Numbered from the stretch's first letter, positions 40,310-51,229 are shown. The stretch: 64,000 nt of DNA from a virus (IMGVR_UViG_3300032294_002612:102537-166536); one strand, 5' to 3'. The notes: generated from the letters alone by a model not told the origin. Made by a program: numbers and translations.

Positions 40310-41908
40310 TTAAATAGTAAAAATATTACTTTCACAAGTTTCGGTTAATGTAAATGTGTAGTTATATCCATTCTCTGTAGAAAAAATATCTCGTTCAATA
40401 TTATCTTGTATTCTCAGCCGTCTACGCGCCCCCATTTTGATAGCATAAGTATTTAAGATTTTTTCAGCTTCAGATTTTACCAAAGAAATATTATTTACCG
40501 ATGTAGAAAATGAAGCTTGGCCCTGCACTGAAATTTGCCCACGTTTATAAAAGTTCATTTTAAAAGCTCCGTTATCTCCATTTAATAACTGTACTGGATT
40601 ATGAATATAAAAAGATGGATTAATAGATATATTGTAATTAAAAGTTTTAAATCCTGGCGGAGGTATCGGCGTGTTATCGAACTGGGCAGAAATAGTAATT
40701 TGAGGATTCGTAATATCTTTTTTGATTTCGTAATTTTTATAATTAGGATTTAAAGGGGGTGACCCGCCAGGAACTTTTGATTGGAAAAAATTTTGAGCAA
40801 TAGACTTTATATCTATTTTAGATAACTCGTTTTCCAAAAGTGACATTCTTGATTTTTGAGAACCAAGTGATGTTAACGTGCCATTAAAATTTAATGTATA
40901 CAAGTCTGTTGTATAATCATAATTTAAAGAAATATTTTTATCAAACTTAACAGAATATGGGTCACTTATATAAGAATAATTAAAGTTAATAGTATTTTCT
41001 AACGCGTTTTCGGTAATATTAAAATTTGTAGGAATTGAATTTAAATATTGATAATTTGTAATTTGTCTAAATCTCGTCAAGACAATATTAAAAATATTTG
41101 GTTGCAAACTTGCAAAATTTGATCTTAAAGTTGCCATGCTCACTCCAATTGGACCAACAATAGAACCATCAAAACCAACATTATAAATTCCATTTTCTTC
41201 ATCATAATTAATATCAATAGAATATGATAAAATAGATTGTGCCGTAGCATTTTTTCTATATACGTATTCAATACTAACACTATATGAAGATTCCATTCTG
41301 TTAACTGTTTCCGAAATTTGTCTTGGAACTAATTGTGCGGATGGCGCCGTAATAAACTTTGGCGCTACTGGGGCTTTACCAGTTAAACTTTTTACATAAT
41401 TAATTGCATTATTTAAAGCATTATTAGAATTCGAATTGGTATTAAATCCTCTTGCGGAAAAATCTCTTAAAACTACAACCGTACCATCTTGTTGTTCTGT
41501 ATATCTTGTATTATCAGATGGGTCAAGAACGCCATATACGCCAGTAAAGAATCCGGAGGGAAAAGATGTCAAACTTATAGAAAAAGGAAGTATACCATTA
41601 TAATTAGATTGTTCAAAGTCTACAGAATTAACTTTGATAAAATTACCAGAATATACTGGAGATATTTGTCCGCTTTGTAAAATAGCGAATGGTTTAAAAT
41701 CAATCCCAAATTTTTGTAACAGTAAATTTTGTTTATTAATAAAAAAATTAAAATCTTGACATTGTCCTGTAATATTTCCTACGAGTGTTATATTTTCAGT
41801 AACGCCGAACCGATCACCATAACGTATCATTTCATCGCTAATTGACACAAAAGGTGTCGGGGCGATGTTGTCAAATGGGTTTTCTCCGTTATAATATACC
41901 TTTACCAT
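40310..41908 (-). CDS. Tail tip/distal tail-like protein
   Basis: Position after TMP; beta-rich; similar size and architecture to 41942-43534. Confidence 0.6.
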   Translation of the reverse strand: MVKVYYNGENPFDNIAPTPFVSISDEMIRYGDRFGVTENITLVGNITGQCQDFNFFINKQNLLLQKFGIDFKPFAILQSGQISPVYSGNFIKVNSVDFEQSNYNGILPFSISLTSFPSGFFTGVYGVLDPSDNTRYTEQQDGTVVVLRDFSARGFNTNSNSNNALNNAINYVKSLTGKAPVAPKFITAPSAQLVPRQISETVNRMESSYSVSIEYVYRKNATAQSILSYSIDINYDEENGIYNVGFDGSIVGPIGVSMATLRSNFASLQPNIFNIVLTRFRQITNYQYLNSIPTNFNITENALENTINFNYSYISDPYSVKFDKNISLNYDYTTDLYTLNFNGTLTSLGSQKSRMSLLENELSKIDIKSIAQNFFQSKVPGGSPPLNPNYKNYEIKKDITNPQITISAQFDNTPIPPPGFKTFNYNISINPSFYIHNPVQLLNGDNGAFKMNFYKRGQISVQGQASFSTSVNNISLVKSEAEKILNTYAIKMGARRRLRIQDNIERDIFSTENGYNYTFTLTETCESNIFTI

Positions 41909-41925
41909 AAAATACCTTTTATTAT

Positions 41926-41931
41926 TTACAC
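41926..41931 (-). promoter_or_regulatory. GTGTAA putative late promoter
   Basis: 17 nt upstream of ATG(41908). Confidence 0.55.
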
Positions 41932-41941
41932 ATTTTTATAA

Positions 41942-43534
41942 TTAAGAAGGTAATGAAAAATATGAAATATTGAAATTAAATTGCCTCGCAAATGGGTCGT
42001 ATGTAAAGCTCACATCTGATAAATAATTAGTAGAAACGCCCATAATCGAAGTAGGAGAATTTGAATTAACTATATTTTTTGCTTCATTAATATATGTAGA
42101 AATATCTAAATTCGCCTGACCATTTAAAGAGATCGAGTAGTTTATATTATTTTCTAATTTATTTTTTTGAATTTGTACTATTTCTTTTAGTCCAATGATA
42201 TTAAAGCTACTATTTAAAAATCTGTTAAAGTCTCTAGAAATTCTAGTTGTTTTTCTTCTTATACCATTGCTTTGCGGATTTAAAATACCATCACCAGTAG
42301 AATATTGTATTGAGTAATCTATTTTCCCCAATATCTCTATATGAGTTTCTGATCGACCAACTTCTTTAAAAGTTCCAGATGGGGCAGTAGGTGTTGTTAA
42401 AATATTACTTTTAATATAGTTGAAAGACGAGGCTGCATTATTATATTTTACAAGATTTTGATTTATTTCAGCATAACCTACTATACTACCTTCATAAGAA
42501 AAATTGTAAGTACCATTTTGAGATTCTGTGATTGTTGTTGTGTAATCGTGAAAAGCTAAAAAAGCAGATCCAATTCTAGAGGCATTCGAATATACTATTG
42601 TATAAGAAACGGTATTGTTAAATACATCTAAATTCCAAGATTTTGATATAGCTCTAGATTCTAAATCATCATCTTGTATTGATTTGTAATTATTAAAAAT
42701 AGTTTGACATCTACTAAAAGAATTTGCGATATCAATATTGGCCTGATTGGCAGCAGTATCATATGGCGAAGACTCTGAATTGCCAATATATTCAGCGGAT
42801 TCAGTTATAGACATAACTCCAGCTTCATCAAAATTTACACTATGCGTTATACTTGAAGAATACAATCCATTTGAATTTTTATATAATTCAAAAGTTCTTG
42901 AAAAAGTACATTCAAAAGTTTCCTTATTATAATTTTCTGTATAGAATTTTTTGGTAGAAGCGTATGATGAATAACTACCAATAACATTGGATAATGTATT
43001 ATTGTTAAAAAAGTTCTCAGCTACTGTTTTCGCTTCATTAATTGAATTTAAAGTTGGCGGTCCTTTAAGAGTAATATTAATATTTTGAGTATAAGTATCC
43101 CTACTCGTGCTTCTAGAAAAATCACTTGATTCTGAAAAATTTTCTATAAAATTAAATTGCGTAAAGTTTAATCCAGAATAAGACCCGCCAGCAGCAGTAA
43201 TAGTAGATAAATCACCAGTTTCTGGAATTGTAATTTCTGCCGTATAGGTTTTTGTTCTTACGTCATTACTTTCTGAAAAACTTATATTAGTAATAATGCC
43301 TCTTGAACTGGGGGCAAAATTAACGCCATTAATTATAATGTCTTGCCAATCATTAATAAGGCTTTGTTGAAACGATTTTAAATCATTCCAAATATTTTTA
43401 ACACCATTATCATTAGCTAAGTCTAATAAAAGGCCTTCGATACTTAATGTTTTTGTTGCTTTATACCGAACCGTATCCGCACTAAAATCAGAAGTTTTAT
43501 TTAAAGTTAATAATGTTGCATTATTAAATATCAT
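41942..43534 (-). CDS. Tail tip/distal tail-like protein
   Basis: Immediately downstream of TMP; beta-rich. Confidence 0.6.
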   Translation of the reverse strand: MIFNNATLLTLNKTSDFSADTVRYKATKTLSIEGLLLDLANDNGVKNIWNDLKSFQQSLINDWQDIIINGVNFAPSSRGIITNISFSESNDVRTKTYTAEITIPETGDLSTITAAGGSYSGLNFTQFNFIENFSESSDFSRSTSRDTYTQNINITLKGPPTLNSINEAKTVAENFFNNNTLSNVIGSYSSYASTKKFYTENYNKETFECTFSRTFELYKNSNGLYSSSITHSVNFDEAGVMSITESAEYIGNSESSPYDTAANQANIDIANSFSRCQTIFNNYKSIQDDDLESRAISKSWNLDVFNNTVSYTIVYSNASRIGSAFLAFHDYTTTITESQNGTYNFSYEGSIVGYAEINQNLVKYNNAASSFNYIKSNILTTPTAPSGTFKEVGRSETHIEILGKIDYSIQYSTGDGILNPQSNGIRRKTTRISRDFNRFLNSSFNIIGLKEIVQIQKNKLENNINYSISLNGQANLDISTYINEAKNIVNSNSPTSIMGVSTNYLSDVSFTYDPFARQFNFNISYFSLPS

Positions 43535-43537
43535 ATA

Positions 43538-46500
43538 TTATAGTAAAAATCCTCCATCTGCTCCACGTCCAGCGCCACCTTGAGCTGGCGGTCTTGGGCC
43601 TGGAGGCGGTCGATCATTTGGAAATCTATTATATACAGCATTTTCTAAACTTGCTACTTTTTCTGTCAAACCGCCAGCGGCCAAGATTCTATCTTTATTT
43701 TCTTCTAATACTTTTGCTGTTTCTGCGCTCATACCCTCAGCATTTACTTGTGTACCACCAGCACCACCATTCATATTTATATTTACTGTTGGGCTAACAG
43801 TTGTATTAAAAGTTGGTAATGGTACCTGACCAGGATTAGATCCAAAATTAAAAGCTGGATTTGCTGCGCTTGTATTTGGGGTAAGCAAAGCTTGACTAAT
43901 TTCATCTCGAATTTGTTCTAAAATAGAATTTGTTTTATCTGTTTTAACTAATTGATTTTGCATTAATACAGCTGGATCTTTAAAAAGTTCCTGTCCTGCT
44001 GCCCCAGCTTGCTCTAATGCTTTTCTTTGGTCTTCTGGTAAAGTAGCTTTTGCTGCATTAAAAAATATCTCTTCCGATTGTCCAGTTTGTCTTAATTCGT
44101 TACTTTGAATCGTAGCCGTTCGTAAGGCAACTTCTTTAAATAAGGCATCTAAGGCGGCTCTCATGCCCATTTCATCTCCAGCAAACTGTGTTTGAATTTG
44201 TTGGTATCTTTCTCCAAACTCGGGCCCAGCTTGTTGAGCAAGTTTTCTTTCAGCTTCATTGATAGCTTGTAAAACTTCAGGTGCTCCGCCAGCTTCAGTT
44301 CTAATTTGTTGAAATTGACTGGTAATTTGAGATGCGCGACCCTGGATTTCTTGTTGTCTTAATGGAGTATTTTCATCTAACCCCAAAGGCCTACCAACAA
44401 TACTTTCAATTGCACTATAAACATTTCCACTTAATCTGCCTAATTCTTGTCTTTCTGTTTCTGTTATAGGGGCATTTCCTCTATTTAAAGCGTCAACAAA
44501 ATTTTGTCTTTGAATAGCCACATCTGATATTTCTGTGGCCATTGATTTGTCTCCGATATCTTTTCCTAAAAATTCTTTTTGAAAACCCCCGAACGCAGCA
44601 ACGGTTGCCTTGGCGAACTCTTGAGCAATTTGATTAATATTTTGTTGAGCTAATATTGCTAATTGAGCTTTTCTTGCTTGTTCGGCTTTGATAGCTAATT
44701 CAACAGTTCTTTTTGCACTCTCTTTGACTTCATCTAATTTTTTTGCTACATTTTCATCTTTTGTTTCAATGCCAGCGCTAATTGCCTGTTCGAAAGCAGA
44801 TAAATCAAACGAGCCAGTACTTAAACCTTCATTAATTGTTCCCTCTAGTATGCCAATAGCATTTTCAATATTTTTTCCAAAAAATTCAAATTCTGGGCCA
44901 ATAGTTTGGATTTGAGCCGCTCTTGTTTCCGCTTTACCCAAAGCTGTTTTTGCTTCGATATCAGTTCCTTTTTGAATTTCTGATATTCTAGATTCAATGA
45001 GTTGAGATTTTAAATCTGCGAATGTTGAATTTACTTCTCCTAAACTATCATTTACTGTTTTATTAAAAGTTTCATCTATTTCTAAAGTTCTTTGTTGATT
45101 TGTGATACCTCTTTGACCAGCACTAGAAACACCTAATGTTTCAGCTACGCTAGACCGTCCCTCTAAAACTGTTTTACCGAATTCAACAGACAACTCTCTT
45201 CTTTGATTTGCTAAATCAAATTCAAATTTTGCACTATTCGCCGCATTTTTTGCTAATTGCTGATAATGACTATAAGCTTTATTTAAAGCTTGATTTATTG
45301 CGCGTAACCTCGCATTAGTTTCTTCGCTATCATCTGCAGAATTTCTTTCTATTTCTGCTCTCCTATTAATTTCATCTCTTAAAGCGCTAAAAGCCAATCT
45401 AATTTCTTCATTACCTTGAATACCTGTTTTTTCAAAATCAACCCCAATTTTAGAAAAAATTTGAGATAAAACTTCGGGATTTGCTTGCGCATTGCCCACA
45501 ATCTTATTAATTTCTTTATCTAAGTCTTGTAATTTTTGACCCTGCACTTGCCCCGTCCCGACATCAGAAACATCCAAAATATTTTTTTGAAACGACTCTC
45601 TAAATTTATCTGTTTCTTGCTTGCTGAATCCGTAATTACCACGACCTCCAGTAAATCTTGAACTTCTTAGACCCCCAACATCTTCCCTAAAAGTTCCAGT
45701 GGCAAGATTTTTTTGGTCTTCTAAAGTTTTTTTAATTACAGCTTCTGTATTTTTTCCAAGAGCTTCTGACAACATTTTAAAATCATTACTTTTTACAGCC
45801 GATATTGCTTGCGTTGCTAAAGCGGGATTATCTTTAAATGTTTTTTGTATATCATTTATTAATGAAGATTCTAAAGTCGCAGCTTCTTTAGTTTTTCCAG
45901 ATTCTCGTAATTGTTGTAAATTGGTAAAAGCTGTTGAAATTGTTCCAGACGCCTCATTCAACCTTGTTAATGCTTGAGAAGATTGATTTGCAGCAGCAGT
46001 TAATTCTGGAATATCAGTACTCGCTTCTTTAATAATGCTTGTCAAAGTTGTAACACCACCAATCGCGCCACCAATTGCGGCCCCCCATGGTCCAGCAATA
46101 AGCGCGCCAGTTGCTGCAAAACTTGCTATATTTCCAAGTCCGCTTGCGGCAGCAGATCCGGTTCTAGCTTCTTTACTTCCTTGGCCAATTGCATTCGCTA
46201 CGGTTTCTGCAATTATTGGAGCAATAAATGTAATACCTAACGTATTAGCCGATATTGCTGCGCCAACTTTTTGCCCTCTTGTTGCAGTTGTAATATCTCC
46301 ACGATTTCTAGTTGCGCTAATTTGTGTGGATAACTTATCATACTCTCCCTGTAATTTTTTTATTTTTTGTACATTTCCTTGGCTTGCAGTAATTTCCTCT
46401 TTTATTGCCTGTTGTCTTACTTTAGCATCAGCAACTGTCATTCCAGAAGCTAATTTTTGGCTTCCAATCATTTCTGTTAAAGAAGAATTTATACTATCTT

Positions 46501-49420
46501 TGTTTAATGATAATATCAGGGCTAGTCCGCCTAATTGAGTACCAATCGCAGCAATTGAGGCGGCTAAATTTGCGGGTTCTGTATCATTAGCCCCAACTGC
46601 AAAATTAGGAATATAACCACTAGCAAAACCCTTGCGGCGCACGGCATTTTTTCTAGAGCGTTTAGTTGGCTCGTCTTGTTTATTAAATACCCCAATACCC
46701 ATTGGGTTTGCACTTGTTAGAGCTTTTTCTTGCGCGAGATAAATTTGACTTGATGGAATACCGGCTGCACGTTCACGAGATATAGCATCTTGTATTGCTG
46801 CAAAATTTGGAATATAGCCAGAAGCTCTATTTTGTCTACCCGTGGCGCTAGTTAATGGAACAGGGTTAATATTTAAACCAGCTGTACGTGAAATTTTGCT
46901 TGCGAAACTTAATTCACTCGATTTACGAGAAAAAGCTCTTGGCGCAGAAAATTTAAAATCTCCAGCTTTATAATTTTTACCAATATTGAAAATTTCTTTG
47001 AATTCTTTAGAATTTTGAGCAAATGCTCCTGGTGGAATGTCTAATGTTCCGGTTCCTGTTTCCGCAGAAACGTCTTTTCCTATGGCCCTATTTACGGAAG
47101 CTTCAAAAATTCTACCTAGAAATTGATTTGTAGCAGATTTATCGATATAAGGTAATAATCCAGATGGGCCATCAAAAGGTTTACTAGATGGATAAATTTG
47201 GCCAGCTATTTTTGTAATAGCATCGCCCATAATATTATTAACTTCATCTTTAAAATTTAATGGTTGGCGTAAGCCAGCAGTTGTAAAACCAAAATTAATT
47301 AAATTACCAGTATTAGCATCTTTAAGCTGACTTCTGAAAGTTCGTTCCGCGCCTGCTCCAGCATATAAATAAATATAATCTAAAAAATCTAAATTTTGTA
47401 CTTTTTTAGAGCGTTTTTGTTGAGTAGAGATTGTTTGTCTTTCAGCGGAACTAACATAGCCAGCTTGACGAGCTTCTTCGGCTGATATTCTGCCAGTCCT
47501 AATTGCATAAGGAATTTGGGCGGTTGTAAATGTTGAGCCTTTGATATTAAATCTATCTGCAAAATTTGGAATAAATCCTCCTGCGGCTATTTTTGGTCCA
47601 TCTCCATATTTAGGAATAACCATTGAATCCCCATTCTTACCAATCCCAGGAAATTCGACCTCCTGATTATTCATTACAAACTTACGGCCACCAATTGTTC
47701 CTTGTGACATATGTGGTCGAACGCTTGAAGTTGCACCTAAAGAAATCGCAGTATATTTTTCTATTAATTTATCAGATGCAAAATTAGGAATATAACCAGC
47801 TGCCCTTCCAGGTCTTCCAGTGGGCGCAACTGGAACTCCGCCACTAATACGTACGCCAGCTCCATAAAACTGTTTTGCAATTGCAGCTGATAATTTTTGT
47901 TGTGTTTGTAATTCTAAAGTTTGGGATTTTAAATTTTGAAGTAAAATTTGAGAAGCCTGATTTAGTCCAGAAGCCCCTTTTTGCATTAATGCATATAATT
48001 CGGGATTTTTACTAATAATTTGACTGATGCTGCGTTGTAATTCTGCTTGTTGTTTTGAAGCCGTATTTAATCCTAAAAGGTCTTTTAAACTTCCACTAGC
48101 ATATACTGAGAAATCTTTAAATAATTTAATTAAGACCCCGCCAATAAGCGCCAAACCAGGTCCAGCAATAACTTGCCCAAGGCCATCTAAAATACCCTTA
48201 CCAAGAGTCGCCCCCAAACCATTTGCGTCACTTTCATTAATACCTCCGAGCAATTCATTTAGATTCCCAACAGTTCTATCAAATAAAGGTGTTAAAAGTC
48301 TTTCTCCTATAGAGCCACCAAATTGAGTTATATTTTGCTGTAAAGCATTTAATTGAGCCGCAAAAGTTTTATTTAATTCTTCATTTCTTTTTACCGCTTG
48401 ATCTGTGGCCGTAGCAGAAATTTTTAAAGCATTATTATATATTGAATATTCTTTTCCTAAATCAGCTAAAGCAGCTTTTAAAATGTTAATTTGGAAAACA
48501 CCACCAACCTGTTCAGCTACATAAGCTTGCTGTTGGGTACCAAGATTATCATATACAACAGCGAGATCTTCTAACAGGTCAATTGTAGATTTTAATTCCC
48601 CACCAGCGCCAGTTGTTTCTACGCCCAAACTTTCGAGAAGGTTAACGACTTTTTCTCTCTGTAATCTTGTAAAAATAGTTTTTAAAGAGTTACCAATTAC
48701 CGCGCCACCACGAGCAGTTGTTTGCTGTGCGGAGGTAACAATAGCAATTAACTCATCTAAACTAACACCAGATTGTGCGGCACTACTACCTACACGAGCA
48801 AGAGCATCAGCTAAATCTGCAGAACTAACAGCAAATGCAGCGTCAACAGTAGCAAATTTATTTACAATTTGTGTCGCTGTTACCGCCTGACTTGCAAAAG
48901 AGTTGACAGCGGCAGTTAACGCTTCGACGCTTTTTACAGTATCTAATCCACTTAAACGCGATAGGATTAATGCCTCATTTGTTCTTTTTAAAGTTTCTTC
49001 TAACCCCAAACCTTGACGAGAAAATTCTGTAGCTGCATCTGCAACCTGTTGAAAACTTTGTCCAGTATTTTTAGCAATATCAAATAAATTTGCACCAAAT
49101 TTACTAAGTTGTGATGTTGATACATTAAGAATAACATTTATATCTTGTAAAGATTTTTGAACATCTACAACGGATTTAGCTAAAGAAACAAATGCGTTCT
49201 GAACACCAAAAATAATTCCAGCACTAGCTCCGAAAGCAATAACACGAGCATTTGATGCAGCCAAAGATTTTTCAAATTCATTAACTTGACCAGTGATTCT
49301 TCCTAAAGGCTGTTCTCCTTTAGTTTTTAAATTAATTAAATAAGATTTATTGACAGTTCTTTGGATATCTCTTTCCAACTGCCGTGTATTACCGCCAATA
49401 TCTAAATTAATTGCTGCCAT
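43538..49420 (-). CDS. Tape measure protein
   Basis: 1960 aa; TP901-like core (EFSRQG, VSSADLADAL.R.GS.A..GVSLDEL, IGNSLKTIFTRL); Ala/Gly hydrophobic segments; coiled coil. Confidence 0.92.
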   Translation of the reverse strand: MAAINLDIGGNTRQLERDIQRTVNKSYLINLKTKGEQPLGRITGQVNEFEKSLAASNARVIAFGASAGIIFGVQNAFVSLAKSVVDVQKSLQDINVILNVSTSQLSKFGANLFDIAKNTGQSFQQVADAATEFSRQGLGLEETLKRTNEALILSRLSGLDTVKSVEALTAAVNSFASQAVTATQIVNKFATVDAAFAVSSADLADALARVGSSAAQSGVSLDELIAIVTSAQQTTARGGAVIGNSLKTIFTRLQREKVVNLLESLGVETTGAGGELKSTIDLLEDLAVVYDNLGTQQQAYVAEQVGGVFQINILKAALADLGKEYSIYNNALKISATATDQAVKRNEELNKTFAAQLNALQQNITQFGGSIGERLLTPLFDRTVGNLNELLGGINESDANGLGATLGKGILDGLGQVIAGPGLALIGGVLIKLFKDFSVYASGSLKDLLGLNTASKQQAELQRSISQIISKNPELYALMQKGASGLNQASQILLQNLKSQTLELQTQQKLSAAIAKQFYGAGVRISGGVPVAPTGRPGRAAGYIPNFASDKLIEKYTAISLGATSSVRPHMSQGTIGGRKFVMNNQEVEFPGIGKNGDSMVIPKYGDGPKIAAGGFIPNFADRFNIKGSTFTTAQIPYAIRTGRISAEEARQAGYVSSAERQTISTQQKRSKKVQNLDFLDYIYLYAGAGAERTFRSQLKDANTGNLINFGFTTAGLRQPLNFKDEVNNIMGDAITKIAGQIYPSSKPFDGPSGLLPYIDKSATNQFLGRIFEASVNRAIGKDVSAETGTGTLDIPPGAFAQNSKEFKEIFNIGKNYKAGDFKFSAPRAFSRKSSELSFASKISRTAGLNINPVPLTSATGRQNRASGYIPNFAAIQDAISRERAAGIPSSQIYLAQEKALTSANPMGIGVFNKQDEPTKRSRKNAVRRKGFASGYIPNFAVGANDTEPANLAASIAAIGTQLGGLALILSLNKDSINSSLTEMIGSQKLASGMTVADAKVRQQAIKEEITASQGNVQKIKKLQGEYDKLSTQISATRNRGDITTATRGQKVGAAISANTLGITFIAPIIAETVANAIGQGSKEARTGSAAASGLGNIASFAATGALIAGPWGAAIGGAIGGVTTLTSIIKEASTDIPELTAAANQSSQALTRLNEASGTISTAFTNLQQLRESGKTKEAATLESSLINDIQKTFKDNPALATQAISAVKSNDFKMLSEALGKNTEAVIKKTLEDQKNLATGTFREDVGGLRSSRFTGGRGNYGFSKQETDKFRESFQKNILDVSDVGTGQVQGQKLQDLDKEINKIVGNAQANPEVLSQIFSKIGVDFEKTGIQGNEEIRLAFSALRDEINRRAEIERNSADDSEETNARLRAINQALNKAYSHYQQLAKNAANSAKFEFDLANQRRELSVEFGKTVLEGRSSVAETLGVSSAGQRGITNQQRTLEIDETFNKTVNDSLGEVNSTFADLKSQLIESRISEIQKGTDIEAKTALGKAETRAAQIQTIGPEFEFFGKNIENAIGILEGTINEGLSTGSFDLSAFEQAISAGIETKDENVAKKLDEVKESAKRTVELAIKAEQARKAQLAILAQQNINQIAQEFAKATVAAFGGFQKEFLGKDIGDKSMATEISDVAIQRQNFVDALNRGNAPITETERQELGRLSGNVYSAIESIVGRPLGLDENTPLRQQEIQGRASQITSQFQQIRTEAGGAPEVLQAINEAERKLAQQAGPEFGERYQQIQTQFAGDEMGMRAALDALFKEVALRTATIQSNELRQTGQSEEIFFNAAKATLPEDQRKALEQAGAAGQELFKDPAVLMQNQLVKTDKTNSILEQIRDEISQALLTPNTSAANPAFNFGSNPGQVPLPTFNTTVSPTVNINMNGGAGGTQVNAEGMSAETAKVLEENKDRILAAGGLTEKVASLENAVYNRFPNDRPPPGPRPPAQGGAGRGADGGFLL

Positions 49421-49451
49421 GGTGTTTCCTTAATCCTTTGTCTAGAATTAA

Positions 49452-49457
49452 TTACAC
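49452..49457 (-). promoter_or_regulatory. GTGTAA putative late promoter
   Basis: 31 nt upstream of the TMP ATG; the leader contains AAGGA (SD-like). Confidence 0.55.
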
Positions 49458-49460
49458 ATT

Positions 49461-50480
49461 TTAATTATTTTCGCGCGCTTTGAAATAGTCAGATTTTTCC
49501 AACACGCCTCCTTTTTCTTCAGCTAATTCTAACAAGCTTTTTCCTTTTAATTTCTCGACTTTAACACCTAATTTATCGAGATCTTCTTTAGTGGCACCAA
49601 CATAACTAGATACATTATTTTTTTTATCTGAATTTTTCGCTCTACTTCTAGTTGTAGATTTTGAACCATTTAAAGACTCAAACCATTGTATAAATTTTTC
49701 TGGATCATTAATAATTTCTTCAGATATCGGCTTGTCATTTTTTATGTATAAATCAATTGTTGATTTAAACATTTTACCATAAACTAATAAATCTATTTGA
49801 TATTTAGAACACTCTGCAACAGGCTTTCCCCAAAAAGTATGTGGTATTGTATCTAAATAAATTAAATTTTGAAAAAATCCATTTGCGGCGATTAATTTAA
49901 TAACTTCCGAAGAAAAACATGTAGAATATTTTGTATATAAGTTTCTTAATACTAAATTATCATCATCAGATATATTATAAAACTCATCTTCATTATTAAA
50001 ATATTTAGCAGTTAATTCAATATCTTTATAACAAGAAGAAATTATTAATTCATCAAAAAATTTTTCTTGAGCATATTGTTCTGCGGTGTATCCTATAATA
50101 TCTTTTCTTTCTTTTAAGTACGTAAAAAAAATAGATTCAGTTTTTTTAATTTCTTTTTCTATTTCTTGTTTTTGAGATGGGAATAATAATTTATTTTTTG
50201 TTTTAACTAAATTATCAATTGTTTTTCTTAATAATCGAAATTTCTCTTCTTTTTCTTTAGACCACCAATCATTTATGATAGCTTCTTCCAGTTTTTCCGA
50301 TTCCGTTTGAACGCCTTTTTTTTGAACCGTCTTTATTATTAAATCATAATTAGAATAAACAAAGAAATGTTCGGCCAGAGTTGGGTGTTTAAAATAAATC
50401 TCTTCTTTATTGAGAATATCTTTTGAATAGCCACGAGCTATTTCATAATAAATTCTGCCATATTCCGTATTTTTATCCAC
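49461..50480 (-). CDS. Putative tail assembly chaperone
   Basis: Lies between tail tube and TMP; charged and helical. Confidence 0.55.
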   Translation of the reverse strand: MDKNTEYGRIYYEIARGYSKDILNKEEIYFKHPTLAEHFFVYSNYDLIIKTVQKKGVQTESEKLEEAIINDWWSKEKEEKFRLLRKTIDNLVKTKNKLLFPSQKQEIEKEIKKTESIFFTYLKERKDIIGYTAEQYAQEKFFDELIISSCYKDIELTAKYFNNEDEFYNISDDDNLVLRNLYTKYSTCFSSEVIKLIAANGFFQNLIYLDTIPHTFWGKPVAECSKYQIDLLVYGKMFKSTIDLYIKNDKPISEEIINDPEKFIQWFESLNGSKSTTRSRAKNSDKKNNVSSYVGATKEDLDKLGVKVEKLKGKSLLELAEEKGGVLEKSDYFKARENN

Positions 50481-50485
50481 ATATT

Positions 50486-51229
50486 TTATGGTTCTATTTC
50501 AGAACCACCTTGTTGGGCATCTTTTACAAAAGATTTATCAAATAAACTAAAATCTTCTATAGAGGTAGCTCTACCTAAATACCATATTGTAATTAAATAT
50601 GTAAATCTTTTAATTATGGAAAGAATAAATTCATTTTCTATTTCATTTTCATATAGAGAATCATAAGTATCCAAACGTTCTTGAAAAGATTCTCCGGTTA
50701 AAATTGGCTCAATAGAACCGTCCTTTATTTCATATGCTAAATTTAAAACCCACCATAAAATGGTTCGATTTCTAGCTTTTGCTTCGGCAGTATTTTCAAA
50801 AATTTCTATTTGCGAAGATTCGAATGACTGAATTTCTTTTCTAATATTATCTAGCTCTTTAATTAATTCGTTAGATTTTAATTTTTCGGCTTCTGTTTTT
50901 TCGCTTTCAGTTTTTAAAAGAATTGATTGCAATTCAAATGATAAATCTCTAAATTTAATTAAGAGATCTCCATATAATTCGCGTTCTTTATCACTAATAC
51001 TCCCGCCACCATTAGAAAGAATTGTATTCCAAGCGGCTCTTGGCAAAACGCCTGCTTTTGCAAATCTAGAAGTTTCCGAAGCGAAAAATAGTTCCCCATC
51101 TTCTTTCATTTTTCTATTTGGTTTTAAAATAGTAAACTTATGAGATTTAATTTCTTGAGATCCGTCTTCTTTTTTTATTATTTCATCGGAAGAAAATTCA
51201 TATATCCACTGCTTATTATTTTTATTCAT
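50486..51229 (-). CDS. Putative tail assembly chaperone
   Basis: Lies between tail tube and TMP; coiled coil. Confidence 0.55.
   Translation of the reverse strand: MNKNNKQWIYEFSSDEIIKKEDGSQEIKSHKFTILKPNRKMKEDGELFFASETSRFAKAGVLPRAAWNTILSNGGGSISDKERELYGDLLIKFRDLSFELQSILLKTESEKTEAEKLKSNELIKELDNIRKEIQSFESSQIEIFENTAEAKARNRTILWWVLNLAYEIKDGSIEPILTGESFQERLDTYDSLYENEIENEFILSIIKRFTYLITIWYLGRATSIEDFSLFDKSFVKDAQQGGSEIEP

Noticed and set aside
43594-48326. Several plus-strand ORFs opposite the tape measure gene (likewise those opposite primase, DnaB, RecA, RNR, MCP and protease)
   Set aside because: Antisense shadows of well-supported genes; no motifs or expression signals
50480-50501. Programmed -1 frameshift between the two tail chaperone genes
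   Set aside because: The -1 frame has a TGA at 50499-50501, and the short shared window has no XXXYYYZ slippery heptamer
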